Part shown: positions 30,918 to 40,737 of the stretch, one piece after another
Layout of the letters: each line of letters starts with the position of its first letter
How positions within the stretch are numbered: the stretch's first letter is position 1
NCBI GenBank assembly: GCA_964612665.1
Contig: CAZTCI010000006.1
Coordinates: 13,750 to 77,749, forward strand
From: an uncultured Planctomycetales bacterium
GTDB taxonomy: Bacteria > Omnitrophota > Gorgyraeia > Zapsychrales > JAHFFX01
Length of the DNA: 64,000 bases
Direction: 5' to 3'
Made by a program: the position numbers and the translations under genes
The notes under the pieces: model-generated
Told to the model about the DNA's origin: nothing
The model's input: only the letters and a program-made list of their open reading frames with translations
Database searches by the model: none

Positions 30918-32552
30918 ATGTCGTTAACGATCAAGCACACTTCATTTTTAAAGCTGGCCAGGCTTTTTATTTTTGTCTTTTTTTTAATATTCCTCGCCTT
31001 AAGTTTTACCCAAAAAATTAAACTCATTACCGCGGATTTGGGCCGCCATCTTAAAAACGGCGAACTGTTTTTTAAGCTCGGCGGTCCGATTCATACTAAT
31101 TTTTATTCCTACACCCAGCCTGATTATCCCGTCGTCAACCATCATTGGCTGACGGGTGTTATTTTCTTCTTAATCCAAAAAGTTGTAGGGTTTGAAGGGC
31201 TTTCGGTTTTTTATACGCTTTTATTTCTGGCGACAGTCCTTTTATTCTTTGACATCGCCCGGCGGCTTTCGAATTTTTCATGGGCGATTTTTATTTCAAT
31301 TCTGGCCGTGCCCCTCATTACGAGCCGTCAGGAAATTCGTCCGGAGGGATTCAGCTGTTTGTTCATGGGTATTTTTTTCTATTTGTTATTTCGGTTCAGG
31401 CGCGGTGAAATTAATTCTAAAGCTTTATGGATTCTGCCGCTGTTACAAATTATTTGGGTGAATTGTCATATCTTATTTTTTCTCGGGCCGTTTTTGATCG
31501 CCGCGTTTCTTTTTGATGAATGGGCGAACGGCAACGATCATGAAAAGCTTAAAAGATATTTTTTTCTTGGTTTGGTGACCGGCGCGGTTTGTTTAATTAA
31601 TCCCTACGGCTGGCGCGGGGCGTTAACCCCATTGACTATTTTTCAGGATTACGGTTACCGGCTCGCGGAGAATCAGTCGGTCATTTTTATGCAGCAGCGT
31701 TTTCCGACGGAGTTTTTATACGCGCACTTCGAAGGTTTATTTGTGTTATTGATTTTGGGATTCATCGTTATGGCGTTGGCTAAAAATTTTAGAGAAAATT
31801 GTTTATGGCTGGTTCTTATGGGATTTTTTTCAGTTTTGGCTTGGAAGTCAATCCGGAGTCTGGCGATGTTTGGATTTTTCTTTATTCCCTTTATGGCTCA
31901 GCAAAGTTTTACGTTTGTCGGAAAATATCTTGGGGCAAAAAAGGAGGCCACAGATAAAGTTATTCTTGCTATGTGTTCTTTGATTTTACTTCACGCAACA
32001 GTTTCTAAAAACGCTTATTACTCGCTTTATCAAAAACTTCACGTGCCTATTTTGTATCCCGACGTGGCGCAAAAGAATGACTGGCTTATTGAACTTCTCA
32101 AGGAACCTCAGCAATTGACCGGAATTATTCCCGGGCTCAATCGTTCCGCCCAATTTTTTAAAGCCAACAAACTCAAAGGCCCCATCTTTAACAATTATGA
32201 TATCGGCGGCTATTTAATTTATCATCTCTATCCTCAGGAAAAAGTTTTCGTGGATAACCGGCCGGAAGCGTACACGGTCGCATTTTTCAAAGACATGTAT
32301 GTTCCGATGCAAGAAAACAGCGATGTTTGGGACAAAATGGATGACCGTTATCAGTTTAACGTTATTTATTTTTACCGTCATGATTTGACGCCCTGGGCGC
32401 AGAATTTTTTAATTAACCGTGTCCGCGATCCCAAGTGGGCGCCGATTTTTGTCGACGGGTACACAATTATTCTCATTAAGCGCACAGAACAAAACGCTGA
32501 TATTATTCAAGCCTACGAGTTGCCTCAATCGATATTTGGCGTGGGACATTAG
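30918..32552 (+). CDS. polytopic membrane protein, possible GT-C-fold glycosyltransferase (about 11 TM helices + C-terminal soluble domain)
   Basis: Hydrophobicity pattern; sits immediately upstream of a GT2 polyprenyl-phosphate sugar synthase-like gene. Confidence 0.35.
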   Translation: MSLTIKHTSFLKLARLFIFVFFLIFLALSFTQKIKLITADLGRHLKNGELFFKLGGPIHTNFYSYTQPDYPVVNHHWLTGVIFFLIQKVVGFEGLSVFYTLLFLATVLLFFDIARRLSNFSWAIFISILAVPLITSRQEIRPEGFSCLFMGIFFYLLFRFRRGEINSKALWILPLLQIIWVNCHILFFLGPFLIAAFLFDEWANGNDHEKLKRYFFLGLVTGAVCLINPYGWRGALTPLTIFQDYGYRLAENQSVIFMQQRFPTEFLYAHFEGLFVLLILGFIVMALAKNFRENCLWLVLMGFFSVLAWKSIRSLAMFGFFFIPFMAQQSFTFVGKYLGAKKEATDKVILAMCSLILLHATVSKNAYYSLYQKLHVPILYPDVAQKNDWLIELLKEPQQLTGIIPGLNRSAQFFKANKLKGPIFNNYDIGGYLIYHLYPQEKVFVDNRPEAYTVAFFKDMYVPMQENSDVWDKMDDRYQFNVIYFYRHDLTPWAQNFLINRVRDPKWAPIFVDGYTIILIKRTEQNADIIQAYELPQSIFGVGH

Positions 32553-32650
32553 CGTCGTTCGTCGTTCGTTTTTCGTGGAATTCGTCTTTTTTGTTTCAAA
32601 TTAAAAGAACGAATTCCTCGAAGACAAACAAACGAACGGCGAACTCCATA
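32553..32650 (+). terminator. long imperfect palindrome (CGTTCGTTT...GGAATTCGTCTTTT / AAAAGAACGAATTCC...AAACGAACG), likely an intergenic hairpin or terminator
   Basis: Inverted repeat arms of about 30 nt read directly from the sequence. Confidence 0.35.
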
Positions 32651-33372
32651 TGAAAGAATATAAAAAACTAACCATAATAATTCCCACCTACAACGAACAC
32701 AAAACCATCGCAGAACTTGTTCAATATGTCGAACAGGTTCAATACCCGATCGATTATGAAATTATTATTGTTGACGACGCTTCAATTCACCGGCGGGATG
32801 ACATTAATTTGTATTTGAACAAAGAACATAATCCGCCCAGCCGGCTTAAAGTTTTTAAAAACGAAGTTAATCAAGGCAAAGGATATTCCATCCGTAAAGG
32901 GATTCAGCATGCGAGCGGTGATATTATTATCGTTCAAGATGCTGACACGGAATATGACCCGCGAGAGATCCCACGATTATTAGAGCCGATTCTTAAACAA
33001 CAGACCAGGATTGTTTACGGCAGCCGTTTTTTAAATTCTTTTTGGCCTAAAGACATGCGGCCTTTAAGCTGGATGGCTAACCGGGTTTTGACTTGGCTCA
33101 CCAATGTTTTGTTTGGATTAAAACTGACGGACATGGAAACCTGCTATAAAGCGTTTGTCACCGATTTGCTCCGAGAACTGCCTTTGACGGCGGACCGTTT
33201 TACGTTTGAACCAGAAGTGACCGCCTTATTGGCTCAAAGGAAGGTCGCTATCAAAGAATTACCGATTTCCTATCGCGGCCGCAGCCGCAAAGAAGGTAAA
33301 AAAATCCGCGCCAAGGACTTTCTTGCCGCCGTAGGCGTGCTTATTCAAGAGAAATACGGGAAAAGAATTTGA
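32650..33372 (+). CDS. family 2 glycosyltransferase (dolichyl/polyprenyl-phosphate sugar synthase-like)
   Basis: IIIVDDAS and VQDADTEYDP (DxD) motifs; about 240 aa. Confidence 0.8.
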   Translation: MKEYKKLTIIIPTYNEHKTIAELVQYVEQVQYPIDYEIIIVDDASIHRRDDINLYLNKEHNPPSRLKVFKNEVNQGKGYSIRKGIQHASGDIIIVQDADTEYDPREIPRLLEPILKQQTRIVYGSRFLNSFWPKDMRPLSWMANRVLTWLTNVLFGLKLTDMETCYKAFVTDLLRELPLTADRFTFEPEVTALLAQRKVAIKELPISYRGRSRKEGKKIRAKDFLAAVGVLIQEKYGKRI

Positions 33373-33448
33373 CAAACGTTGACTACCCGATATTATATAG
33401 TTTATACATAATTTTCCTTCAAGCCCCTCATGAAAAGAGGGGCTTTTT

Positions 33449-35458
33449 TTGAGGAAACAAGGGCGCTTTTGTTTTGAGCCCTATGTCGCTTTTATGGGAT
33501 TACGTAAAACACTTAAAACTTTAGTTATCGGCAAGGCCAAAGATCCGCAAGACCGCGGTGTCTTTCACCGTCTTTCCTTAATAGCCTTTTTCGCCTGGGT
33601 TGGATTGGGCGCTGACGGTTTATCTTCCTCATGTTACGGGCCGGAAGAAGCATTCCTGGCTTTAAAAGATCACATCTTTTTAGGTTTATTTGTCGCTATC
33701 CTAACGGCCATCACCGTTATGGTGATCAGCGCGAGTTATTCTCAAATCATTGAACTGTTTCCGACCGGCGGAGGCGGTTACTTGGTTGCGAGTAAACTTT
33801 TAAACCCGACGTTAGGGATGATTTCAGGCTGCGCGCTTTTGATCGATTATGTTTTAACGATCGCCATCTCCATTGCGAGCGGCGCGGACGCGCTGTTTAG
33901 TTTTCTTCCCGAAGACCTGCATCGTTTTCATTTGGCGTTTGCGCTTGTCGGTGTTTTTTTGTTGATGGTTTTAAATATGCGCGGCGTCAAAGAATCGGTT
34001 GTCCCGCTGACTCCTATCTTTTTAACCTTCGTTTTGACCCACATCTTTGTTATCGGTTACGCACTCCTAACGCATCTGTCTGATATCCCACAAATCACTC
34101 ATTCCAGTTTGCATGAAATTAAAATGACCCAAATGGAGGTGGGATGGTTTGGTGTCATATTCATTATTTTACGGGCCTATAGTTTGGGCGCTGGAACTTT
34201 TACTGGAATTGAAGCCGTCAGTAATGGATTGAACATTTTGCGGGAGCCTCGGGTTGAGACGGGAAAGAGGACCATGCGTTATATGTCGTGGTCGTTGGCA
34301 ATCACCGTCGCGGGATTGATGGTCGCGTATCTGCTCTTGAATGTTCAGCACGAACCGCACAAGACGCTCAACGCCGTTCTTTTTGAACAACTGACCGCGA
34401 GCTGGCATCCTTTTTGGGGAAATATATTTCTTCTTGTAACTTTATTTGCCGAGGCTATGCTGCTTTTTGTTGCGGCTCAAACCGGATTTTTAGGTGGTCC
34501 AAGTGTTTTGGCCAACATGGCGCTGGATCGTTGGATGCCGGCTAAGTTTGTTCACTTGAGTGACCGGCTCGTGACTCAAAACGGCGTTATTTTGATGGGT
34601 GTGGCGGCTTTGGCCACTGTTGGCGCAACGCACGGTTCGGTTCATTTGCTTGTGGTTTTGTACTCGATTAATGTATTTATCACATTTTGCTTGTCGCAGG
34701 CCGGCATGGTGCGCCACTGGTGGGAAGTGCGGCGGGAAGAAAAATTCTGGCAAAAAAGAATTTTGATTAACGGCTTTGGACTTTTTTTGACCACGTTTAT
34801 TCTGCTGACCGTTATTATTTTGAAATTTCACGACGGCGGCTGGATTACGTTATTAATGACGGGCTTTCTGGTTCTACTGGCGATTGCGATCAAGCGGCAT
34901 TACCGGTATACGCTTAAAATGCTGCGCCGTTTAAATGCGCTTGTTGAAACGGCCTCGAGTGTGATTCCCGAAAGCAGTGTCCCGTCGGCAAATTTCGATC
35001 CCAACGCCAAGACCGCGGTCATTTTAGTCAATGGGTTTAATGGGTTGGGATTGCACACGCTGATGGGCGTTATTCGTTATTTTGGAAAAGAATTTAGGAA
35101 TTTTGTTTTCATTCAGGTGGGAACGATTGATGCGGGCAATTTTAGAGGAACGGAAGAAGTTGACCGCTTGCGCGCTTCGGTTCAAAAGGATTTGGACCGT
35201 TATGTGGCTTTTATGAATAAAAACGGTTATTTTTCGGAAGCATTTTTATCGATCGGCACCGATGTGATCCAGGAAATCGAAGATCTTGCGCAAAAAGTCA
35301 TCGAACATTATCCGAGCGCGGTATTTTTCGGCGGGCAGCTGGTTTTTCCGGAAGACACGATCATGACCCGCTGGCTGCATAACTACACAGTCTTTTCGAT
35401 CCAAAGAAGATTCTATCAAAAAGGCCTCTTGTTTATGATCCTGCCGATCCGCGTTTGA
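33449..35458 (+). CDS. APC-superfamily transporter (12 TM) with a large C-terminal cytoplasmic domain
   Basis: Hydrophobicity pattern and a G-rich motif (PTGGGGYLV) typical of APC-fold TM1; substrate unknown. Confidence 0.55.
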   Translation: MRKQGRFCFEPYVAFMGLRKTLKTLVIGKAKDPQDRGVFHRLSLIAFFAWVGLGADGLSSSCYGPEEAFLALKDHIFLGLFVAILTAITVMVISASYSQIIELFPTGGGGYLVASKLLNPTLGMISGCALLIDYVLTIAISIASGADALFSFLPEDLHRFHLAFALVGVFLLMVLNMRGVKESVVPLTPIFLTFVLTHIFVIGYALLTHLSDIPQITHSSLHEIKMTQMEVGWFGVIFIILRAYSLGAGTFTGIEAVSNGLNILREPRVETGKRTMRYMSWSLAITVAGLMVAYLLLNVQHEPHKTLNAVLFEQLTASWHPFWGNIFLLVTLFAEAMLLFVAAQTGFLGGPSVLANMALDRWMPAKFVHLSDRLVTQNGVILMGVAALATVGATHGSVHLLVVLYSINVFITFCLSQAGMVRHWWEVRREEKFWQKRILINGFGLFLTTFILLTVIILKFHDGGWITLLMTGFLVLLAIAIKRHYRYTLKMLRRLNALVETASSVIPESSVPSANFDPNAKTAVILVNGFNGLGLHTLMGVIRYFGKEFRNFVFIQVGTIDAGNFRGTEEVDRLRASVQKDLDRYVAFMNKNGYFSEAFLSIGTDVIQEIEDLAQKVIEHYPSAVFFGGQLVFPEDTIMTRWLHNYTVFSIQRRFYQKGLLFMILPIRV

Positions 35459-35461
35459 AAT

Positions 35462-35785
35462 ATGACGAAACTTAGACAAGCACAAGTTTTTTATCAAAAT
35501 GAATTAGCTGGATTTCTTCGAGAGACGCCAGATGGATATTTTTTTCAATATGACAAAGAATTTTTGAAGAAAAATATTCCAATTTCGATATCTTTACCTC
35601 CTCGAGAACAACCCTATCAGTCGAAAGAATTGTTTCCTTTTTTTAAAGGACTTTTGCCAGAAGGATGGTATCTAGATATCGTCAGTGCGACTCAAAAGGT
35701 TGACAGCAAAGATTCATTCGGCGTTTTGCTTTCAACGACGAGTGTGGATACAATCGGTGCTGTTACTGTTCGAAAGACAGGATAA
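35462..35785 (+). CDS. HipS-like protein (equivalent to the HipA N-terminal subdomain)
   Basis: Conserved LLPEGW motif of the HipA N-terminal (couple_hipA) region; 107 aa; followed 8 nt later by the kinase gene. Confidence 0.6.
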   Translation: MTKLRQAQVFYQNELAGFLRETPDGYFFQYDKEFLKKNIPISISLPPREQPYQSKELFPFFKGLLPEGWYLDIVSATQKVDSKDSFGVLLSTTSVDTIGAVTVRKTG

Positions 35786-35792
35786 TTTTAAA

Positions 35793-36653
35793 ATGGATGA
35801 TAATTTTTTTAAGAAAATGTTTAATACGTCTCAATGCCCCACGATAGATTTCGGGTTACAAGACATGTCTTTAAAAGCACAAAAATTAACGGGAAAATTA
35901 TCTATTTCAGGAGTGCAGCCGAAATTATCAGTCAAGCTCGATCAAAAAACCAATTCGTTAATTCCAGTTGCTGAAGGCGGAGAATATATTTTAAAACCAC
36001 AAATCGCCGCCTTTCCGCATATTCCGGAGAATGAGCAATGTTGTATGTATATTGCATCTGAATTTAAGATTGATGTCCCGCTGCATTGTTTGCTTCCTTT
36101 GAAGGATGGGAGCTTGGCGTATATTGTCAAAAGATTTGATCGCAAGTCAGGCGTAAAAATACACCAAGAAGATTTCTCTCAAATACTGGAAATTGAAAAC
36201 AAATATGCAGGTTCGGTTGAGCAAATAGCGCGCAAGTTGAAAGAAATCTCAACAGCGCCGGAAAATGACGTACAATTATTTTTTGAGAGGGTTGTTTTTA
36301 ATTTCATTGTCGGAAATGGCGATGCGCATTTAAAAAATTATTCTATTTACTATAAGGATAAAGAGAATATTCGACTAACCCCTGCTTATGATATCATTTG
36401 TTCAAAATTAGTGATTCCGGATGAGGAAGATTCTGCTTTAACGATTAATGGTAAGAAAAATAAATTAAACAGAAACAATTTTGAAAAGTTCGCGGATTAT
36501 CTGAACATTCCGATTGAAGTCCGCTATGAGAAATTCACAAAAAAATTGAAATTAATGACGACAATTATTAAGGATTCAAAAATTAAGACTAACAGTCAGA
36601 AGAAATTTGTTGATATCATAAAAGAACGTTTGGATCGTTTAGCTTTAACTTGA
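35793..36653 (+). CDS. HipT/HipA-like serine/threonine kinase toxin (kinase core only)
   Basis: Gly-rich loop LSISGVQPKLSV (compare HipA VAGAQEKT) and catalytic motif GNGDAHLKNYSI (compare HipA GNTDRHLKNFS); start at the Met after the HipS-like stop. Confidence 0.7.
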   Translation: MDDNFFKKMFNTSQCPTIDFGLQDMSLKAQKLTGKLSISGVQPKLSVKLDQKTNSLIPVAEGGEYILKPQIAAFPHIPENEQCCMYIASEFKIDVPLHCLLPLKDGSLAYIVKRFDRKSGVKIHQEDFSQILEIENKYAGSVEQIARKLKEISTAPENDVQLFFERVVFNFIVGNGDAHLKNYSIYYKDKENIRLTPAYDIICSKLVIPDEEDSALTINGKKNKLNRNNFEKFADYLNIPIEVRYEKFTKKLKLMTTIIKDSKIKTNSQKKFVDIIKERLDRLALT

Positions 36654-36684
36654 AGAAAAAAATTTCTTGAAAAAACACTCGTTT

Positions 36685-36758
36685 GTCCCTGTAGCTCAGA
36701 TGGATAGAGCAACAGCCTTCTAAGCTGTGGGTCGCCCGTTCGACTCGGGCCAGGGACG
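36685..36758 (+). tRNA. tRNA-Arg (anticodon TCT)
   Basis: Acceptor GTCCCTG/CAGGGAC; anticodon loop CTTCTAA; T-loop TTCGACT; no encoded CCA. Confidence 0.85.
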
Positions 36759-36840
36759 CCTAATTTACGAAAAGACAGTCCCGCTTTTTCTAATAGTTAA
36801 TGCTGTGAGCGGGGATCCCGCCTACCACAATTAATAGAGA

Positions 36841-36960
36841 AGTCGGGAGCTTCTAAGTTGTGGGTCGTCCGTTCTCCCAACGGTTTCTAAAAAATTTAAG
36901 GTAGTCGGGACCCCGCTTCCATAATACTTCATTAGAAACGGCGGGGGGTTCGGGCCAGGC
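36841..36960 (+). repeat. degenerate partial copies of the tRNA-Arg 3' half (anticodon-to-T-arm about 26/30 nt identity, then a second fragment resembling the T-arm/acceptor end)
   Basis: AGTCGGGAGCTTCTAAGTTGTGGGTCGTCCGTTCTCCCAACGG versus tRNA ACAGCCTTCTAAGCTGTGGGTCGCCCGTTCGACTCGGGC; second unit ...GGTTCGGGCCAGG. Confidence 0.45.
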
Positions 36961-37038
36961 GCGTTTTTTTTCGCAGCAACTGGTTTTCGCAAAGACAAAT
37001 TCCGTTAACTTTAAAAAGATTTTTTTAAAAAAAACCGC

Positions 37039-38166
37039 ATGCGCATTTTGACTCGCATAGTGATGGGATTGGTTATCGTTGTGCTGATCACCGCAGCCGT
37101 GGGGTATTTTTTTATTCAACTCCAGGGCCGCGAATTGGTTGTCCGCAGTTTATCGCAAGTTTTCGACCGGCCTGTCATCGTTGAGGACATCCATTTTTTA
37201 TTTCCTTTCGGAGTCAGAATTAAAGACCTCACCGTCGAAGACACGCTTAAAGTCAAAGATGTGAAAATCCAAATGGGCTTGCCGGATTTCTGGCATCAGC
37301 GTTTAAACTTTTTTTATGTTAATTTGATCGAACCGCAGGCCGTTGTCGAGCGGACAGCAGATTCTAAAATTGTTTGGGGAAAGATTGGCGAAGTTAAAAG
37401 CGATGACCAATCTAACCAACCCCAAACTCCGTCGGGCATTTCGACAGATGCCACTAAACAATCAGTGTCAGTCAACAAGAATCTCCAGATGGCGGTCGTT
37501 ATTAAATTTTTCTCCGTTGAAAAAGGACAAATCCAGTTTCGAGATTTGGCGCATGACCATAATTTTTCAATCGATTTTCAGGACGTTGGCTTAAAAGCGA
37601 GGGATGTGTCTTTCCCTGAAACAGCAGACACGACCCATTTTGATTTGACGGCCGTCATGTTTAAAACTGATTTGCCGTTCACCGGAAGCCGCGTTGAAAG
37701 CCAAGGGTGGTTTAATTTAGGGAAGAAGGACATGGATGCGGACTTGAAAGTTTTTGAACCGGATGTAAAAAACAGCTTATCGGCGCGGCTACAAGCAAAA
37801 CATAATGATATGATGGTGGATGGTAAAGTGTATTTTAAGAATGTAAGACTAAATTGGAAAGCAGATGAATCCATTTCCAATAAATCTATTGCCGATTTAC
37901 TTGTTTCATCTCTTCGGGCAACCGGTTTTGAAATGGCTGCCAACTTCCATTTTAAAACTAAGATGGATGATTTCCAAGTTGACGCTGTATCATTCTCTGG
38001 AAATCTTGGGTATCAAGGTACCAAAGAGCGAGGTGATGACAAAAAAACTATCGGCGAACATTTGGAAGAGTTAGGCATAAAAGTTTATCAGCAAACCTTG
38101 GAGCAACGGCAGCCGGCTAATACAGGCAATTCAGCCACACCCGTTGAACAAAAATCGGCGCCGTAA
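37039..38166 (+). CDS. membrane-anchored protein with an AsmA-like N-terminal region
   Basis: N-terminal TM then AsmA-type N-terminal segment; 375 aa; weak assignment. Confidence 0.4.
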   Translation: MRILTRIVMGLVIVVLITAAVGYFFIQLQGRELVVRSLSQVFDRPVIVEDIHFLFPFGVRIKDLTVEDTLKVKDVKIQMGLPDFWHQRLNFFYVNLIEPQAVVERTADSKIVWGKIGEVKSDDQSNQPQTPSGISTDATKQSVSVNKNLQMAVVIKFFSVEKGQIQFRDLAHDHNFSIDFQDVGLKARDVSFPETADTTHFDLTAVMFKTDLPFTGSRVESQGWFNLGKKDMDADLKVFEPDVKNSLSARLQAKHNDMMVDGKVYFKNVRLNWKADESISNKSIADLLVSSLRATGFEMAANFHFKTKMDDFQVDAVSFSGNLGYQGTKERGDDKKTIGEHLEELGIKVYQQTLEQRQPANTGNSATPVEQKSAP

Positions 38167-38392
38167 AATTTATAGAAGCGTAATACGGGCGAGAAAAAAT
38201 TGTAGCGTAAAAATAATTTTTGGTTTATGCTTGGGGACGCCGTGAGGAAGTTTGGTGTTTGTTCTGTGATAGCGTGGAGCGAAGCGACACGAAATAAAAA
38301 GAATTTGTAGATGGTGGATGCCCTGGCCCGGTGAAACTTCGACGAAGCCAGGACGTCTCACCACTTTTCTGGAACAGAAATAGAGGTATGTG

Positions 38393-38469
38393 GTGGATGT
38401 AGCTCAGTTGGTTAGAGCACAAGATTGTGGATCTTGGGGTCGCCGGTTCAAATCCGGTCATCCACCCCA
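38393..38469 (+). tRNA. tRNA-His (anticodon GTG) with encoded G-1 and CCA
   Basis: Acceptor GTGGATG/CATCCAC with extra 5' G pairing with discriminator C; anticodon loop TTGTGGA. Confidence 0.9.
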
Positions 38470-38504
38470 GTATATGAAATTGCGGAATCGCAATTCAGAT
38501 AAGA

Positions 38505-38539
38505 AAAGCCATGATTGCCCAGCGCAGTCATGGCTTTTT
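38505..38539 (+). terminator. rho-independent terminator after tRNA-His (AAAGCCATGA...TCATGGCTTT + T-run)
   Basis: 10-bp inverted repeat followed by TTTTTG. Confidence 0.55.
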
Positions 38540-38845
38540 GCATGGCCTAACGTTACAAATGGTTAGGCGATTATTGTTTTAGAGTTTCGATTGTTCTATT
38601 CCAGCCATCCTTCATCAGAGCAAAACCTCGTCGGAAAGATCTCAAATTAGCCCAAAACACGCCTTTTTATCTGCATTTTTAAAGTTGGACATTTAACTTC
38701 GACTTAGGCGGCATCCGGATTATTGGCCTAATTTGTTAAATTTTTGAGTATTGAGTTAAATGAAATTGCTGGATTTTTGGAATTATTGCCGATTATGTAA
38801 ATCAGTTAAATGAGAAATAAAAAAATCGGAAAGTTTTAAAAGGAC

Positions 38846-39193
38846 TTGGCTGGGTTGACAAAAACAAGTTTACTTGCTAACGTAATCACTATGTTGAGAA
38901 GAAAAACAAACAAGTTTGCGCTCGGTTTGTTAATATTTGCCCTCCTTGGATTTTTATCCATATCGATCGGCGGTGAATTACTCCATAATCGTATTCACCA
39001 TCACAGCAATCAAGCCTCCCACGATCAATGTTCCATATATTTGCTTCAAACCCAGGTTTTAATTTCCATTATTGGTCTTGTTGTTGCCTTACTTTTTAAG
39101 CCAGTTCCATATTCTGTAGAAACCTGCCAAAGCGTTTTCTCTCATTCTTTTGTAAACCTCCCCAACCTCCGCGCTCCACCGGTTCAAGTCTAA
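38846..39193 (+). CDS. hypothetical membrane protein (115 aa)
   Basis: ORF only; weak start context. Confidence 0.25.
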   Translation: MAGLTKTSLLANVITMLRRKTNKFALGLLIFALLGFLSISIGGELLHNRIHHHSNQASHDQCSIYLLQTQVLISIIGLVVALLFKPVPYSVETCQSVFSHSFVNLPNLRAPPVQV

Positions 39194-39295
39194 TTCTTTT
39201 AATTCGTAGTTCATTTCTCTACAAGTTTATACAACTATTTATGGCTGGTAGTTTCTAAAATTATTTCCAGCATCCATTCAAATTTAGGAGGAATT

Positions 39296-40693
39296 ATGAG
39301 AAGAATACCAATTCTCATTTTAGTTTTGATCGGTTGGTGTCTGCCTATCAATCCGGCATCTGCCGATGAGATCGGTGATTTGAAAAATCAGATTAAGGAA
39401 CTCACAGGAATAGTTAAAGATTTAAAGTCCACGGTTGAATCGCAACAACAAGAAATCAATTCGCTAAAGTCTGCTTCTACGACAAGAACTGCGCCACAAC
39501 CGTTGGCGACAGCTCCATCAACTGAAACGCAGGAACAAATCCAATCGTTAAATGAAAAAGTGGATAGCGTCATCGAAGCACAGAAGAAGACCCTTCCGAG
39601 TGAGTTTAACCCTTCGATTGGTTTGGTAGGGGAGACTGTGTTTTCGACGAGCAATCGCAATTCGGATGAAACAGGTAATGAGCGTCCCGGTCAGGTTGAT
39701 ATCAATCAACGATCCATTGAGTTAAATTTAGCGGCTTCCGTTGATCCTTTTGCTAAGGGTTATGCGGTTATCAACGCTTCAGCTGATGCTACGACAGGTG
39801 AGGCAACGGCAACGGTTGAAGAAGCGGCACTTGAAACAACTTCGCTGCCGTGGAATTTGACATTAAAAGGCGGACGATTTTTTGGTGAGTTTGGACGATT
39901 GGCTTATATCCATGACCATGAACTGCCTTTTGTTAATCGACCACTTGCGCTTGATCAATATATTGGAGGGGAATCTCAGACAGACGGCGTGCAACTCAGT
40001 TGGTTACTACCGACGGAGCATTATATCAATCTAACTGTTGGTACGGGTAATCATTTTGGGGATCCGCTTAATGATGTGGGGGCATCCCGCAATTTTCAAG
40101 AGCTTAATTATTTTGGGCGTCTTTCCACTTATTTTGATTTACCCAACGAATGGCAGTTCGAGACGGGAGTCTCTGGCTTGATTAATCCAAGAACGGACAG
40201 CCGGGGAGATATGATTACACTTGCTGACGGCACAACACTCACCGAACGTCGGCGGTATCTCGGCGGAGCGGACTTTGCCTTAAAGTGGGTGCCTCTCCAA
40301 GACAATCAATTTAAAGGTTTCACTTGGGGCAATGAAGTTCTTTTCAGTGACAATCATTACCTTCATGATCCAGATGCGACACCAAATACTGGTGATGAAT
40401 TTAATAAAGCCATCGGTTCGGTGGGTGCTTACTCTTATATAGCCTACAAAATGAACCGGCAATGGACAGCTGGATTTTTATTTGACACTGTTCAGAATCA
40501 AACAAATAAGCATGATCAAACATATGCGTATTCACCATATTTAACGTATGCGCTCAGTCATTGGAATCAACTGCGATTGCAATACACGCACACAGACCGC
40601 GATCCGGCGTCAGGTCTAAAAGATGACGATGCTGTGTATCTTCAATGGACGTGGATTATCGGTTCGCATTCTCATGGTTGGCAACAACGATAA
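39296..40693 (+). CDS. secreted outer-membrane porin-like protein (signal peptide, about 90-aa coiled coil, then beta-rich region)
   Basis: GGAGG RBS; signal peptide ending PASA; alternating-hydrophobic beta-strand pattern; sits immediately upstream of znuA. Confidence 0.45.
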   Translation: MRRIPILILVLIGWCLPINPASADEIGDLKNQIKELTGIVKDLKSTVESQQQEINSLKSASTTRTAPQPLATAPSTETQEQIQSLNEKVDSVIEAQKKTLPSEFNPSIGLVGETVFSTSNRNSDETGNERPGQVDINQRSIELNLAASVDPFAKGYAVINASADATTGEATATVEEAALETTSLPWNLTLKGGRFFGEFGRLAYIHDHELPFVNRPLALDQYIGGESQTDGVQLSWLLPTEHYINLTVGTGNHFGDPLNDVGASRNFQELNYFGRLSTYFDLPNEWQFETGVSGLINPRTDSRGDMITLADGTTLTERRRYLGGADFALKWVPLQDNQFKGFTWGNEVLFSDNHYLHDPDATPNTGDEFNKAIGSVGAYSYIAYKMNRQWTAGFLFDTVQNQTNKHDQTYAYSPYLTYALSHWNQLRLQYTHTDRDPASGLKDDDAVYLQWTWIIGSHSHGWQQR

Positions 40694-40737
40694 TGGTTCG
40701 ACTTCGCTCACCATTTTTTTTAGAAAGGATTAAAAAT

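Noticed and set aside
30918-32552. Considered calling the polytopic protein a PMT/ArnT-type mannosyltransferase
   Set aside because: No diagnostic DE/DxD loop motif identified; only topology and GT2 neighbour support, so kept as a low-confidence GT-C-like call.
32553-32650. Repetitive CGTTCG-rich segment considered as a possible CRISPR/repeat array
   Set aside because: It is a single long imperfect palindrome, not spaced direct repeats; no cas genes; interpreted as an intergenic hairpin.
38170-38392. GC-rich stem (CCTGGC...GCCAGG) upstream of tRNA-His, considered as a possible additional tRNA or ncRNA
   Set aside because: Could not fold a cloverleaf or recognise any known ncRNA; more likely the promoter/leader of tRNA-His.
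38225-38461. 78-aa minus-strand ORF (MTGFEPATP...)
   Set aside because: It is the antisense translation of the tRNA-His gene and flanks (GFEPATP is the typical tRNA-derived artefact); not a protein gene.
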